Shown here: positions 48,910 through 60,742 of the stretch, piece by piece
How the letters are laid out: each line of letters opens with the position of its first letter
Position numbering within the stretch: position 1 is the first letter of the stretch
DNA from: Eukaryota sp. TZLM1-RC
Taxonomy: Eukaryota > Protista > Metamonada: BaSk clade
Assembly (NCBI GenBank): GCA_040285825.1
Contig: JAUPSS010000004.1
Span: 1,302,001 to 1,366,000, forward strand
DNA length: 64,000 bases
Direction of reading: 5' to 3'
The notes under the pieces: model-generated
What the model saw: only the letters and a program-made list of their open reading frames with translations
Databases searched by the model: none
Told to the model about the DNA's origin: nothing
Position numbers and translations under genes: made by a program

Positions 48910-51618
48910 CTACTTGTCGTTATCACAGTCGAGGTTAATAGTACAACCAGAAGACTGTATGTGCTCCAACCAACGTCTGGGGACGTTGACAACATCTGAG
49001 ACTTGGGTAATTCGATGGTCGAATTCAGCCTCATGCAGAAGTAATGTACGATGTTCCTCATCCATCTTGATGAAGAGGCCTTCATCGTTCAATAAGCCTA
49101 GGTGATGCAACAGGTCTCTACCAATTAGTAACATATTGTTGCCAGGAATGATGGCCAAGCTATGTTTCACATGAACTAGTTGGGTTACACTACCGAGTCT
49201 GAAGCTCAGTGTGCCTTCTGCTGATCCTAAAGACTTTGACATGATGTTGTTTGCAGACTTAAAGTTTATGCAATGGTTAGTCTTTACCATGTTGCATCTC
49301 TCTGCTAAATCAACAGTGATGACTGATATCGAAGCTCCAGAGTCGATGATCCCTTCTATTTCGCAGTTATTTATTGAAAATTTCAATTTTAAATTTTTAC
49401 GTGCGATATCTGAGGTACGAACCACGAAGATATCGCTGTGGGACTCTGAGTCTGGGTTCGAGTCGAACTCATGATTGAAACAGGGTTTATTTTGTGGTTC
49501 TATCGTTGTAGCTGTTTTAAGATTCTGGGTAGTCAAAGGATTAGTTAAGCACTGAATCCACTGGTTGGAGACTGAGCTTTGTTTTATGTTTGGTGTTTTA
49601 CGTGTTGGAAAGTTGTCTTGCTCTATAGTAAACAAGGAACATTTGTTTGAACGTTGCTTTGGTGTATTACATGTTGGAGAGCTATCTTGCTCTATATCAA
49701 ACAGTGGATATTTATGTGAACGTTTATTACTGCTGGAAGGGCCCTTGCCTCTTCCTCTACATCTACCTCTGCCTCTACTACTACTACTACTATCTCTTGC
49801 CAAATATGCTTGAACTGCATCTGGGTTGGCATCTCGCCATTGCTTGGATCGCTGGCAATCAGGGTCGGGACATTCGTTAATAGTGTGGCCTGGAATACCA
49901 CAGAATCTACAGAGACCAGCTTTATCTCTTTCTTTCTTAATTTGCGACTTGCTCCTTTTGCTAAGTTGAGCAGGGTTAAATTTGCCTATTCGTTTCTTGT
50001 CCTTTGGGTTTGCTCTAACACAGTGACCCATATGTTGTTGATAGCTGTCACTGATGTTGGCCCTTTGCTCATCATAGGATCTTGCTGAACACCAACTCAT
50101 GTATTCAGCAGCCAGGATGTCAACAAATTGTTGTAATGTATGGTGTTGCCAAACATTGGGTGTGGACCATACAGTTCTCAGATTGTCGCTGATGGCCTGA
50201 ATACCAACAGAATCAATCATATGGGTTGCAATTTCCCAGTTTTGAATGCGCTGTAGGAAATGTTGACCATACAAGGCACGGTCGCTTGCCCTGACGTCAG
50301 AAATGGCAGTACTTCGTGAAACTGTTCTCATTAGCCTCACAGTGAAGTCGCCCCAGCGATTCCTAAAGTCCTGAATATTGCAATTCATCTGGACTCTATA
50401 TAACTGATTCCTCGCTGTTTCTAATGTACTATACTGGCTGAGGTGTAAAATTGATTCCCATATTTGCTCCTCATTAATGTTGTCGATAGCTGAGATACTA
50501 TCAGACATAGACGAAAACCTGCCTTGAGCTCTCAGAGCGGCCAAGCACTCTGAAGTAACACAGGAGGCAATCCTACGAGGGTCGACTTGAGCAGCAGCTC
50601 TGAATCGGTTCCACTCGTGGAGGGGGTTACCATATCTCTGATCGAGAGGGAGGTTCCGGTTTTCTCTGCTGATGGATTGAGGAGTAGCAGGAGGACGAGA
50701 ACGTTCCTCAAGTTGCCTTCTTAGTTCAGACACTTCTCTTGCTAGTCCGACTTGAGTAGGATCAGATTCATTGATATCTCTCTCTTCAATGGTCCTTTCA
50801 GTCCTAGCATACAGAATAAATCTGTCGATGAATTTCAAGATCCTTACTGGGTCAGAGATATCGTTGGCTTCCAGGGTGGGTTTTCTAGGACGACCACCTC
50901 TTTGTCTATCTCTGTCTCTATCTTGTGAACTCGCCATAGCTTCCATCAGTAGAGTTTTAGAATACTGAGGTGCTACATGAGTGTTAGATGGAGTTACTCC
51001 TAGGAGCCTAGGGTCCTGAGGAACCTGGGAAGGAGTTGATATATCTTGTGGTTGGACAACTACATGTTGTTGCACCGTCTCAACAGTGTCAGTAGTCGCC
51101 ATCGGCTCATCTTGTTGGTCATCTTGAGGCTCAATGCTCAAAGATGAGAAAACAGTGTCTGTATCTACTGGGTCAGCATCAGAGGTTCTCAATTCTACTG
51201 GGTCATGATCACTCGGATAGTAACTTTCCACATTACCATCGATATTAACCCAAAGAAGAGAACTTGAATTGGTGACACCAATGTTCTCCTGTACATTCAT
51301 AAGGGCATCCCTTAGAGGCCTATTCCTTCTATGCTCCGGACCAAAATATGACGCGCAATGGTCTGGTCTGCGGTCTTGAAGGTACAATCTCTGATAGTTC
51401 GTAGTGTAGGTGTACCACCATCCAGTCCTGAAGTCCCTGTTGATATAAATATCAAGAGAAGCGTTGTTTCCAGGGCTAAACCTGGGAAAAGGACATGGAT
51501 TACATCGGTTGAGGAAGAGATTCAGCTCATCACCAGCGAAGATCCTCTGTACACCTTCACGATGAGTCCTAAACCCTCCCAACAGTCTCCCGTTGAGGAT
51601 AATTTGGAGGAGGGTCAC
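48910..51618 (-). CDS. Unknown domain plus gag-like region with zinc knuckle plus aspartic protease
   Basis: CRFCGIPGHTINEC knuckle; GIIDSGASIS protease motif. Confidence 0.85.
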   Translation of the reverse strand: MTLLQIILNGRLLGGFRTHREGVQRIFAGDELNLFLNRCNPCPFPRFSPGNNASLDIYINRDFRTGWWYTYTTNYQRLYLQDRRPDHCASYFGPEHRRNRPLRDALMNVQENIGVTNSSSLLWVNIDGNVESYYPSDHDPVELRTSDADPVDTDTVFSSLSIEPQDDQQDEPMATTDTVETVQQHVVVQPQDISTPSQVPQDPRLLGVTPSNTHVAPQYSKTLLMEAMASSQDRDRDRQRGGRPRKPTLEANDISDPVRILKFIDRFILYARTERTIEERDINESDPTQVGLAREVSELRRQLEERSRPPATPQSISRENRNLPLDQRYGNPLHEWNRFRAAAQVDPRRIASCVTSECLAALRAQGRFSSMSDSISAIDNINEEQIWESILHLSQYSTLETARNQLYRVQMNCNIQDFRNRWGDFTVRLMRTVSRSTAISDVRASDRALYGQHFLQRIQNWEIATHMIDSVGIQAISDNLRTVWSTPNVWQHHTLQQFVDILAAEYMSWCSARSYDEQRANISDSYQQHMGHCVRANPKDKKRIGKFNPAQLSKRSKSQIKKERDKAGLCRFCGIPGHTINECPDPDCQRSKQWRDANPDAVQAYLARDSSSSSRGRGRCRGRGKGPSSSNKRSHKYPLFDIEQDSSPTCNTPKQRSNKCSLFTIEQDNFPTRKTPNIKQSSVSNQWIQCLTNPLTTQNLKTATTIEPQNKPCFNHEFDSNPDSESHSDIFVVRTSDIARKNLKLKFSINNCEIEGIIDSGASISVITVDLAERCNMVKTNHCINFKSANNIMSKSLGSAEGTLSFRLGSVTQLVHVKHSLAIIPGNNMLLIGRDLLHHLGLLNDEGLFIKMDEEHRTLLLHEAEFDHRITQVSDVVNVPRRWLEHIQSSGCTINLDCDNDK

Positions 51619-52892
51619 AACGAACCGTGAGATTGTCTACTTCCTCCGTTGGGAAGTAGGGGCCTATTCTTCTGCGGATCCTAAAGCCGTGATCATTAGC
51701 CACTTCTGAACCCCAAAATGGGGGTAGAGCAGCAATGAGTTCATTGGGAGGAATCGATGCAGGATCTCCTTGCATTAACTCAATACCAGCATTGAGAACT
51801 AAGTTTTGGGCTTCAGTTCTCTGCTGAGTAGAGATGAAAGGAGAATCTGATTCCTGGGGCTGGCTTGGGGCTTGATAGGTGTTAGGCTGTGCAGCACTAA
51901 GCACCTGCCAAGCAGCAGGGACAGAAGAAACAACGTGACCTTGCTGAGGAGTCTGGCCAGAGGTTGGAGGGATATGAATTACTCCTCTAGTAGGAACTCC
52001 CGAAGGAGGAACAGGTGGAGCTGAATGGACTTCTGTAGGAGCTACCGTAGTAGGAGCAGAAGTATCAGGAAGACCTGCTACAGGAACTTCTCGAGAAGGA
52101 GTAGTAGGATTAGAGTTACCAGCAGGGACTGCAGGAAAAGCTGGTTGTTGCGGAGGGCTGCTTTCCATAGGAACTTCCGTAGAAAGGGTAGAAGGAGCTT
52201 GTTGTCCTTCCTCAGGAGCTTCCGTGGAAGGCGTGGAAGGAGCTTGTTGTCCTTCCTCAGGAGCTTCCGTAGAAGAAGTGGAAGGGATGACAGGAGCGCA
52301 AACAATAGGTGAAGTGGGAGACTCTACCATCTTGAGCTTCAACAGCTCAGATATCTTGTTGCTGGCCGAGTCAGGGTCAGTCTGGTTGATGATATACTTC
52401 AGATATTCATCTAAAGTACTGAACTGTTCAGGACCTAAAAGGGAATCTTCAACCTCTTCTTCAGAACCAGGGGGAGGAGAAAGAGGTACAAAGTTTTCCA
52501 CATTAGTGGGAGGAACAGGAGGACTGATAGGAACCACATGAACATCCGTGGATGGAGTGGAACCTTGACCCGGAGGGTGAGAGGAAGTGTCACTTCCCTC
52601 ACCACCAGAGGGTAGTCCTGTCCCAACTGAGGAGTGGAGTTTGGGAGGAAGAACTTGAAGCATTGGGTTGTGTGACAGAATCTCCAGAAGGAGGAGTCGA
52701 CACAGGAGGAGAAGAAGCATTGCTTCCCTCGGACCCAGTTGTCAAGGGTTGTTCTGGTCCCGACTGAGGAGTTCGGGAGGAAGAACTCGAAGGGTGAGAC
52801 GTAGGAGGATCAGTCCTACCAGTCTCGGAGTTGTCATTGGAACCACCCAAAGGTGATCCAATACGTATTGATGATCTGCGGGGGTTAGACAT
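51569..52892 (-). CDS. Pro/Ser-rich N-terminal extension of the gypsy polyprotein (frameshifted; ATG inside the 5' LTR)
   Basis: ORFs 52599-52892 and 51569-52720; 45-nt tandem repeat encoding STEAPEEGQQAPST twice. Confidence 0.6.
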
Positions 52893-53023
52893 TATACCTG
52901 AATGTAGAGTAATTTATTACAAGGGAATGAGGATTTCCCTTAACTTAAGCGCATGGACACAATAAAACAAAAACTAATAATAAACTATAAATAAACTATT
53001 ATAAATATTATCCAAGGCTAACA

Positions 53024-53935
53024 CTTGCTGTTGTGAAATTACAGAAGTCTGTTTGAATTGGTTTTGAAGACCTGCATTGCTGCAAAAGACTTAGTCTGCC
53101 TAAGATTAATAATCTCGTCTTTGCTGCCTTTTTATCAGACATCCAGAATTACACTAGTTTAATGTCTCAGCAACCAAGGCCATTTGGTCTTTACTCAGCA
53201 AATGAAGCTTGGAAACAAAACATGCGGTTGAGATTAGGGCTGTATCCAAGTGGTCCTTTGGATAATTCTGTTTGTATTTGTAACGAAAAACCGACTGCCA
53301 ATTTCCGTCATATTGTAAGTTGTAAACAATTTCTTCAATATGGATTAGTTCTTCATAATGCCGTTCGTGATGTTACCTTCGAAATGTTTGAGTGTTACAA
53401 TTTCAGTTGCAAAGTAGAACCCTTGATGAAGCCTTATAGCGTTAATAATCTGTTTAATTCTCGTCTAGGTGATTTAATTGCTCCTTTTGTGGATTCCTCT
53501 CAAGTTGTTGTGGATTCCACAAGAGTTGATCCCTTTGCTTTTATTTATTGTGATGATGTTTGAGTTAGTTCTCATGGTCACTGGAGCAAGGCTGAGGTTT
53601 GTTAACGAGGCATATATTCTGATATATTAAATGATTTAAATAGCAATCTTTGCTCGATGCTTTCATGTCTTTTTTTTGTCTTTTCGATTTTTGGCAACAT
53701 TGGACTGCCTTGAATTATTTCAATGGATTGATAATTTATGTCAATCAAGCGGTAATAATTTTACTGGATATTTATGGAAGATTCGTATCATTTTTGCTTT
53801 GTACAGAAGTGCTCTCAAGTACTTAAATTTAATGCTGTCCAAGCTATATAAGGATTCATCAAGGGTTGATGTGGAGAATTTTGTTTTCTATGTGTTTTAA
53901 TTTGTTTTGATTTGTTTCTTCTCAAGTAAATAAAA
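53024..53935 (+). mobile_element. 3' half of an RLE non-LTR remnant
   Basis: MRLRLGL, CIC..HIVSC, HNAVRD, GDLI..VVD, WKIRIIFAL. Confidence 0.8.
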
Positions 53936-56344
53936 AGATATATATATTTGTTCAAAAAATTATAACAATTCATTTTCATAGCATATTAACAAAACATTAA
54001 ACAAAAAACTAGAATTCAATATCCTCAATACATGCATCAACATCATCAAAACTCTTTAGTGTGCTATTTTCAGTAACTGTTGCTAATTGTAACACTATGT
54101 TCATGGACAATCCTGGTGGGCCAAAAGTTGAAAATCAATAATTTCCTGCTTTTACTTTGATTCAACTTCAGATGTTGCTGTATGTGCACGGTTCATCATA
54201 AACTAATGAAAACAGACGTTGATGAACAAGAATATAAGAACTCAGACTTGATAAATACAAACTACAATTTAAATCTACATGACGTGATCTACCTTCCTAA
54301 AAGGGAAAGTCACGTTTAGCCACAGCTAACAATGAATCCTGCAAGAAATAAATGCTAGATATTCCAACATTGATGGTCTAGCCTGATGGTTATCAGAGTT
54401 GATCTGTTGAGGGGGAGTGAAGTGGGTTACACTCAAACTCGAATCTTTTTGTGGAGTACTCATAGCACTCGAAATTATGTAGATGGGATGGATAGAAGAG
54501 TCTCATCTGAAAAATGTCTGAAATATCCGAGACATTTTTTTTCCTGTGACAGCGCTGTTGCTGTCTGGTGTTTTGTGTGTGATTGCGATGCTGAATAATA
54601 ATTGTTGCCGTCAGGGATTATGCTAGTTGTATTTTAGTAGGTGTTGGTGTAAATCGGGTTAAGATAATTAATTTTATTTAGTACAGTTTTAATTTAATGC
54701 GAATTTATTTAACGTTATTCAATATAAATACCTTGGTACTCACTAGTGAGATTCTTACATAAATAACAGTTTTCAGCACTAATTTGATTGCATGTGGCAA
54801 CCAGTTTCGTCAAAACTTGGTTTATTAACGACAACGACTTAAAAATGTTGACTATTGTCTTTTTGTTGAAATCAGGAATATACTATTGGAAATACAACAA
54901 CACAATAGATTTGTACAATAAATTAGAATTAAAACTTATATTTATTGTGAAATAAAATGTCATCACGACAAAAATTACGCCAACAAAGTTTATAACAATC
55001 AAACAATTTTTCATTTTCACAAACAGAATAAAATCATTTTGTAGAACTACAAAATTAATGGCTTAATATTATACTTTTCTTCAAGTAAACTATATGTTTA
55101 GTGATTAAATTGTGATCATTTTCATCAATCAAAGCTGTTCGTTCTTAATCATCATTTCCATATTTAATAATCATAACAAAACAAAGAACCACTCAAATTA
55201 ATTCTAGATAAATATTTAAAACCAACGAACAATCAATGTCTTTTGAGTTGATTTTGAATCAAATATACGAAAGTGATGCCAACATTACATAATTTTTTTT
55301 GCTCTCTATCATCAAATATTGTAATAAAAAGAATTTCTGAATATATTGAAAAGACATTCATGTCGACATGACAGTTGTTTCAGTTTTTCGAAAATTGTTT
55401 CACAATTGTTAATCTGCATTGTAAGGTGAACCATTAGTACAACTATTAGTGTTTACTACACCTGAAATTTCAAAAAAAATTTGTGTTGGTCGACGGTTGT
55501 TGTATAATTAAAAATTTAGTTAAGCCAATGTGCAACAGTTACTAGACCACATATTGCTCCCCAACTACAAATATCACACGGAAATTTGATCTTGAAAGAA
55601 AAAGTCACATCGAGTCACAGCCAACAGAGATATTGATCGAATTTATCATTCTGGATTACCATTCATTAGAAATGAATTTTCATTGACTCCAACTGAAATT
55701 TTTGCGACCTTTTCATTATAATTGATTCAGAGGGATAGATGGTGATGATGTTAAACGCAGAGTATTCCAGAAGACGCTTGGTATAGATTTTCTGAAAGTC
55801 AATTAAGTTATGAAGAACAGGAAAGTGAGCCACTTTGTTTCACAACAGCAACTATTCGTAGACCAATGAAATAAATGGACCAATAATATCGAGAAAGTGT
55901 TATGAATATTTTAGAAATTAATGATCCTCTGAAAAATTCAACTGCTGAGGATATACAAAAATTCTTGAACAAACATTCAATTAGATTGGAAGAATCCAGA
56001 AATGCAAATGGCAATGCTCATTATGATTTTGATGGAATTTCAACATATTCAACCCAATCTCGTTCTTTCAGAATTGACATTCTCGCTTTGTTTCCACTGT
56101 TACCAATTGAAAAATCAGTCAACATTTTTTTATATTTTTATTCATTTAATGAAGAATATGAAAACACAAATTACAGACAAAAACTTCACATCCTCAAAAT
56201 CTGTCTCCCCCACCGCAAAACAATTAATTCCTGAAGATTCAGAAAATTTCCCAAAAAAAGAAAAGTAAATCAAAAAATAGAAAATACAATCCTGTTTGGC
56301 CAATAAAGACGATTGGAAATATATATATATATATATATTTCCAG

Positions 56345-56710
56345 TTCTTTCTTTAACAACTAAAAACAATCCTCAAGGAAAGCCATAACAGCCTTACCTA
56401 GAGATCCAAGCAAAGAAAAAACAAAGGGACATGAATTATATTGGGTATGAGAATGTTCATTTACGGAGGAAACAGGTTTTGCATATTTGGCAACTTTCTA
56501 TTGTTCTCCAGCAAGAAGAAGATTATTTACAGCTGAGTGAATGGAATGTTCGTTAGAAGAATTACAAGAGTCGAAAGTCATGGTGTTGCAAATAGATAAA
56601 CTACCATTTAAACCAGGAACAACTAAATCACCTCTTGTCAGACCCATAGAAGCTCTATTATAGCACGTACTATCAATATTGGGGTCATCAAGAATTAATT
56701 TCGACAGCAA
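56345..56710 (-). mobile_element. RLE non-LTR endonuclease fragment
   Basis: RGDLVVPGLNGS..GEQ*KVAKY..PFVFSLLGSLG. Confidence 0.65.
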
Positions 56711-57402
56711 AGATAGTTTAGAATTTTCTCAATAATTAGACTGGTTGCCCACTGATTGTACAAGTTTTGTTCTCCACACCTTTGACTTGATAAAAAAGGA
56801 AAACAGCTTGTCAAATATTTCGAATTACTTTGCAAGTGTTGGTAAAGACTAACTAAGAGTTGCTTTCAGAATAATTGCCAAGCATTGTAAACAAAAATTA
56901 ATCAAACGGAAAAGAAGTATTGATTCTGTTGGTTTTTTAGCAGATTTTGAGACCAGTTAAAATGTATTGGATTTGAAATATTGGGATGGCTCTTTTTTTC
57001 TGATCTTCAATGTTTATTTCAAATATATTAATTAATCACCATGGGAAAGAATACATCCTTTTTTTACTGTTATGTTGGGAAAGATCCAATCATTTAGTAT
57101 TTGCATTAACCAAAAAAATGTTGCTTACACTTGTCAAATTGCAATCACTTATGTACAGTTCATGGTTTCAGAAAATGAAAAGTTTTGAGAAAAACAACAT
57201 TCATCTTATCAAAACATCATTATGACCACCTATACATTTTCTTTTGTTGAATGTAATTTCTTAGTTGAAAAAATGTGAGGTATTGCCTCAAAAATTTATT
57301 AAATTTTCTATAAATTTATTAAATTTCTATGTTTGTTATGCTCCATCATGGTAACATTCATTCTTTGCAACCCAAATATTAAGATAGAAGATGCATTTTT
57401 CT

Positions 57403-58588
57403 TTATTTGCTAAATCCCATAAATGCATCAACAACATTCTTCCTAGCTGTCAATAAAGTCAATTTTTCGGGTGCAACGGACCCACTTTTTAAAATTCTAG
57501 CTAAACGAGCACTCTGGGCCATCAAATATTGATGGTCATCTGCAGCTTTTTCCATGGTTCTATAATAAACTCTACCAATGTCTTTCTTTTCATTGGTTGA
57601 TTTTTGTAATAGTTCCCAACATTCTTGGATGATTTTCTCTTTATCTTCAGTAAAAAACCGTATAGCGAGCTTATCAAAATCTGGATCTCTTCCAAACGTA
57701 GAAGGTAAACTTCCATCTGATTTTCTCAAAGTGCCGCAGTTTTGGTTAACAAACTCCACGAATGAATCAACATCGCGACCATTGGCATACACTTCCTCAC
57801 TACCTTCAGGAGTAATGATTTTGATGGTTGGGAACCCTTGAACCTCATGAGCTTCACATAGAGAGTGTTGTTCATCACAATTAATTTCAGCAATGACCAC
57901 GTTGGACTCGCCAGCATAGACTTCACCTAGTTTTTCCCATGGTTCCTTGATTGCCTTGCAATGTCCACACTAGAATGAGAAGAGAAAATGAACATACCCA
58001 CGGAGCATAGAATTTGATGAATGTACATTTTCCGGTAACCTTCTTATCAAAATTAAACTCCGTAAGATCAGCTACATGACTGCGCTATGGTGAAACAAGA
58101 GAGAGGGATATACATACAACTGGGGAGTGGGTGGTAGTAGTAGGGGTGAGTTTGATGGAAGTGTGTTTTGAAATGAAGTCAGTGAAACCTTCTAGTGTGC
58201 GCTGACCCTTGAAATCAGCAACAACTTTGCCATTCTTGAAAAGCTTCAGTAAATATTGCGATCGATAAAACAAACCTTGAGGGTAGGAAAGCCACGGATG
58301 GATTCCTTTTTCATAATGTCTTTGGACACATCACCATTGACTTCTGCGATGGTGATTTGGTCATTGAAAGATTTGGCAAGATCGGCAAGTTGTTCCCATT
58401 GTGGGGCCATACTTTTGCAATGTCCACACTGAAATGAGATATAATGATGTAAATACCCAAGGAGCGTAGAATTTGACAAAAGTGTATTTATCCGAAGAAA
58501 TGGTTTCATCGTAGTTCGTTGATGTGAGAACCTCGATAGAGGCATATGCAGTGAAAGAGAGAAGTGTGACAAAGAGGAGGAGCTTCAT
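57403..58588 (-). CDS. Protein disulfide isomerase (two thioredoxin domains plus ERp29-like C-terminus; ERp38/PDIA6-like); introns 58429-58456, 58244-58275, 58085-58117, 57970-57997
   Basis: Signal peptide; two FYAPW|CGHCK sites restored by splicing; two GFPT motifs; helical C-terminus ending KNVVDAF. Confidence 0.9.
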
Positions 58589-59330
58589 GTTAATAATGAT
58601 GTTGTATCAAGTTGATTTTTGTTCAACGCAAAAATCAAATCCGTTGAAAAGACAAAATGATCAAGCTTTTCGCAAACAACAAAGTAACTACCCCACAATC
58701 ATCAATAATTAATTGAAATTACTCAAGCCAATAGTGTTGTCATGTTTTTCAAGAAAATTTGAGTTAAAGATTACATATTGGTCTTTACCTTGACATCAAA
58801 CAGATGAACTTCAACTATATTGTTGAATACCATGTCGACTGCAGCCAAAACCCGATATTAAAAAGTCAATTGTGGGTCAACATATGCAATCAAATAGACT
58901 TGAAATAGTGAATGGGTGCGATTGGGTGCGAATATCGTTTGTTCTGATTTGTGTTCATAATCGAAGATTATCAAGCTTTATTTATATAATATTTGTTCAA
59001 TTGTAATCTCTTTTTTAAACAAACAATTTTGATATAATATACATAATTATCTATTTACTAAATCACTGTGAAAATGGTTAAAATCAATTGATAAAAAGAC
59101 AATGGCCCTCCTCGAATGAAAAGAACATCCAAACGTTGCAAAACTTTCTAATCGTTGATACACGAAACCACATCAAAGAGTTTACGAAACGTATTTTTGG
59201 AGTATGATAGAATTTCTTATTTTATAGCTCTACTTATGTAAGCTTGCTAAACAGCACGTGAACCAATAGAGTGGGTCTGTGGTGAACAACATCACATACT
59301 CAACAAACTCAGAAAAAATGAATTGACATA

Positions 59331-59435
59331 CATTGAACCAAGAGTTCATCTATAAAATCCGGATCTGCTTGTGTCTTTGCCATTGCTGCTGCTATTCGAT
59401 GGAAAATCCGTGGTAATTAATTATGGCGAATTGAC
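59331..59435 (-). mobile_element. Degenerate 3'-region fragment of CRE-like family A
   Basis: CATTGAACCAAGA..AAAATC..GATCTGCTTG..CGTGGTAAT resembles the ORF terminus. Confidence 0.55.
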
Positions 59436-59620
59436 TTCATTTCTATTTTGATCTTATTAGTATTCACTACAATTGTTTTGAATGTACTTTGTTCTAAGTT
59501 CACTGACTGATTTGGTGAGGTTTGCAGTTGATTACAGAGACAATCAAAATGCGTACTGCTGACGTGTCACACTTCTAAAAAAGGTAAGGAAACTTTCCCT
59601 TATTATTTTCGATCTTATAA

Positions 59621-60108
59621 ATGAGCCTCCAAGAACTATTTGCATCCTCTGATCTCATTGATCGTGAAGGTAACACTGTATCTCTATCAAGTCTTCAGGA
59701 GAAGGAACGTATTGGTCTCTACTTTTCTGCCTCTTGGTGTATGTCTACCTTCATGTGACTCAACATAGGTCCACCATGCAGGATGTTTACACCTAACCTT
59801 GTCAATGTCTACAATGAATTGAAGTCACAAGGTAAATCTTTTGAAGTTGTACTTGTCCCTTCAGATAGAACCGAAGCTGACTTCAAGGAATATTTGAAAA
59901 AGATGCCCTGGTTGTCCATTCCCTTCACCGGCCCTGCCAAGCAAGCTATCGTATGTTCATCATCTGTCCCTTATCACAGTCAAACAGGTTCTCTCCTCCC
60001 GGTATTCCTCATTTAGTCATCGTTGACAATGAAGGAAACGAAGTCACCGACGAAGGCCGCAACCATGTTCAACTTAAAGGAGCTGATGCTTGGAGTGAAT
60101 GGCAATAA
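59621..60108 (+). CDS. Tryparedoxin/nucleoredoxin-like thioredoxin (WCPPC); introns 59739-59768 and 59951-59979
   Basis: [19 protein letters not shown] after splicing, [26 protein letters not shown]. Confidence 0.9.
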
Positions 60109-60742
60109 TCGTTGTTTTCTTAAGCTCTCCTCCGTGAACACATTATCATGTGTGATGGGCAGCATTTTGTGAATAAATCATATAGACATCCTCCTATTGT
60201 ATAAGGTAATTTCTTCTTTGTTTTATATCTCAGGATGTCCTAAACACTGTTTCCATGTTCTATCACAAACATCTATGTGTTTTTAACACCTAGACTTTCA
60301 ACATTTATTAAATATGTGCAACATTTGGAAAATATTTCAAATGAGTACATCTTTCACGAACAATCAAATGATACAATGAAGGTTTTCGTTTTTCTGTTAG
60401 AATGATTCAACCTGGGCTCATTGCAACAGAAGCGTCCTCAACAACACTATCCCCTCCCAAACAGTTTTCCTAATTTTGTATCAACAACAAGAATATGTAA
60501 TAAACACCTAAAACTTCCCATCCCTGAGGCATGTCACTTCAATATCCAATCAGTTTTATTGCCATAACTTGATACTTCTAAAACTACACAATTCTTGTGT
60601 GTCAATAAACTCAATATGCTCAGAACATTGCATCTGGTCATTTCTCTTTTGACATCTTCTCAATATATAAATAAGGTTTACGTTTAGTCAATTGTGGCTG
60701 AATTTGGTTTATTCAATTATTTTTTTATGCACTGTATTTTTA

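Larger units (their letters stand above)
45678..53023 (-). mobile_element. Full-length degenerate Ty3/gypsy LTR retrotransposon with chromodomain (LTR family 2), 7346 bp
   Basis: 155-bp LTRs 52869-53023 (5') and 45678-45832 (3') with 7 differences; TSD CTTG; PPT 45833-45850; order gag knuckle-PR-RT-RNase H-IN. Confidence 0.95.

Noticed and set aside
52851-52860. TGGATCACCT on the minus strand as a tRNA PBS or rRNA 3'-end match
   Set aside because: 8 nt from the LTR and better explained by pairing with U5; the match to the bacterial 16S tail is short and probably chance
54641-54803. Possible solo LTR (TGTTGG..GGCAACCA)
   Set aside because: No matching TSD, no second copy, imperfect terminus
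55560-56268. Fragmented ORFs 55902-56234 and neighbours
   Set aside because: Probably a decayed gene or TE, but no motif I can assign
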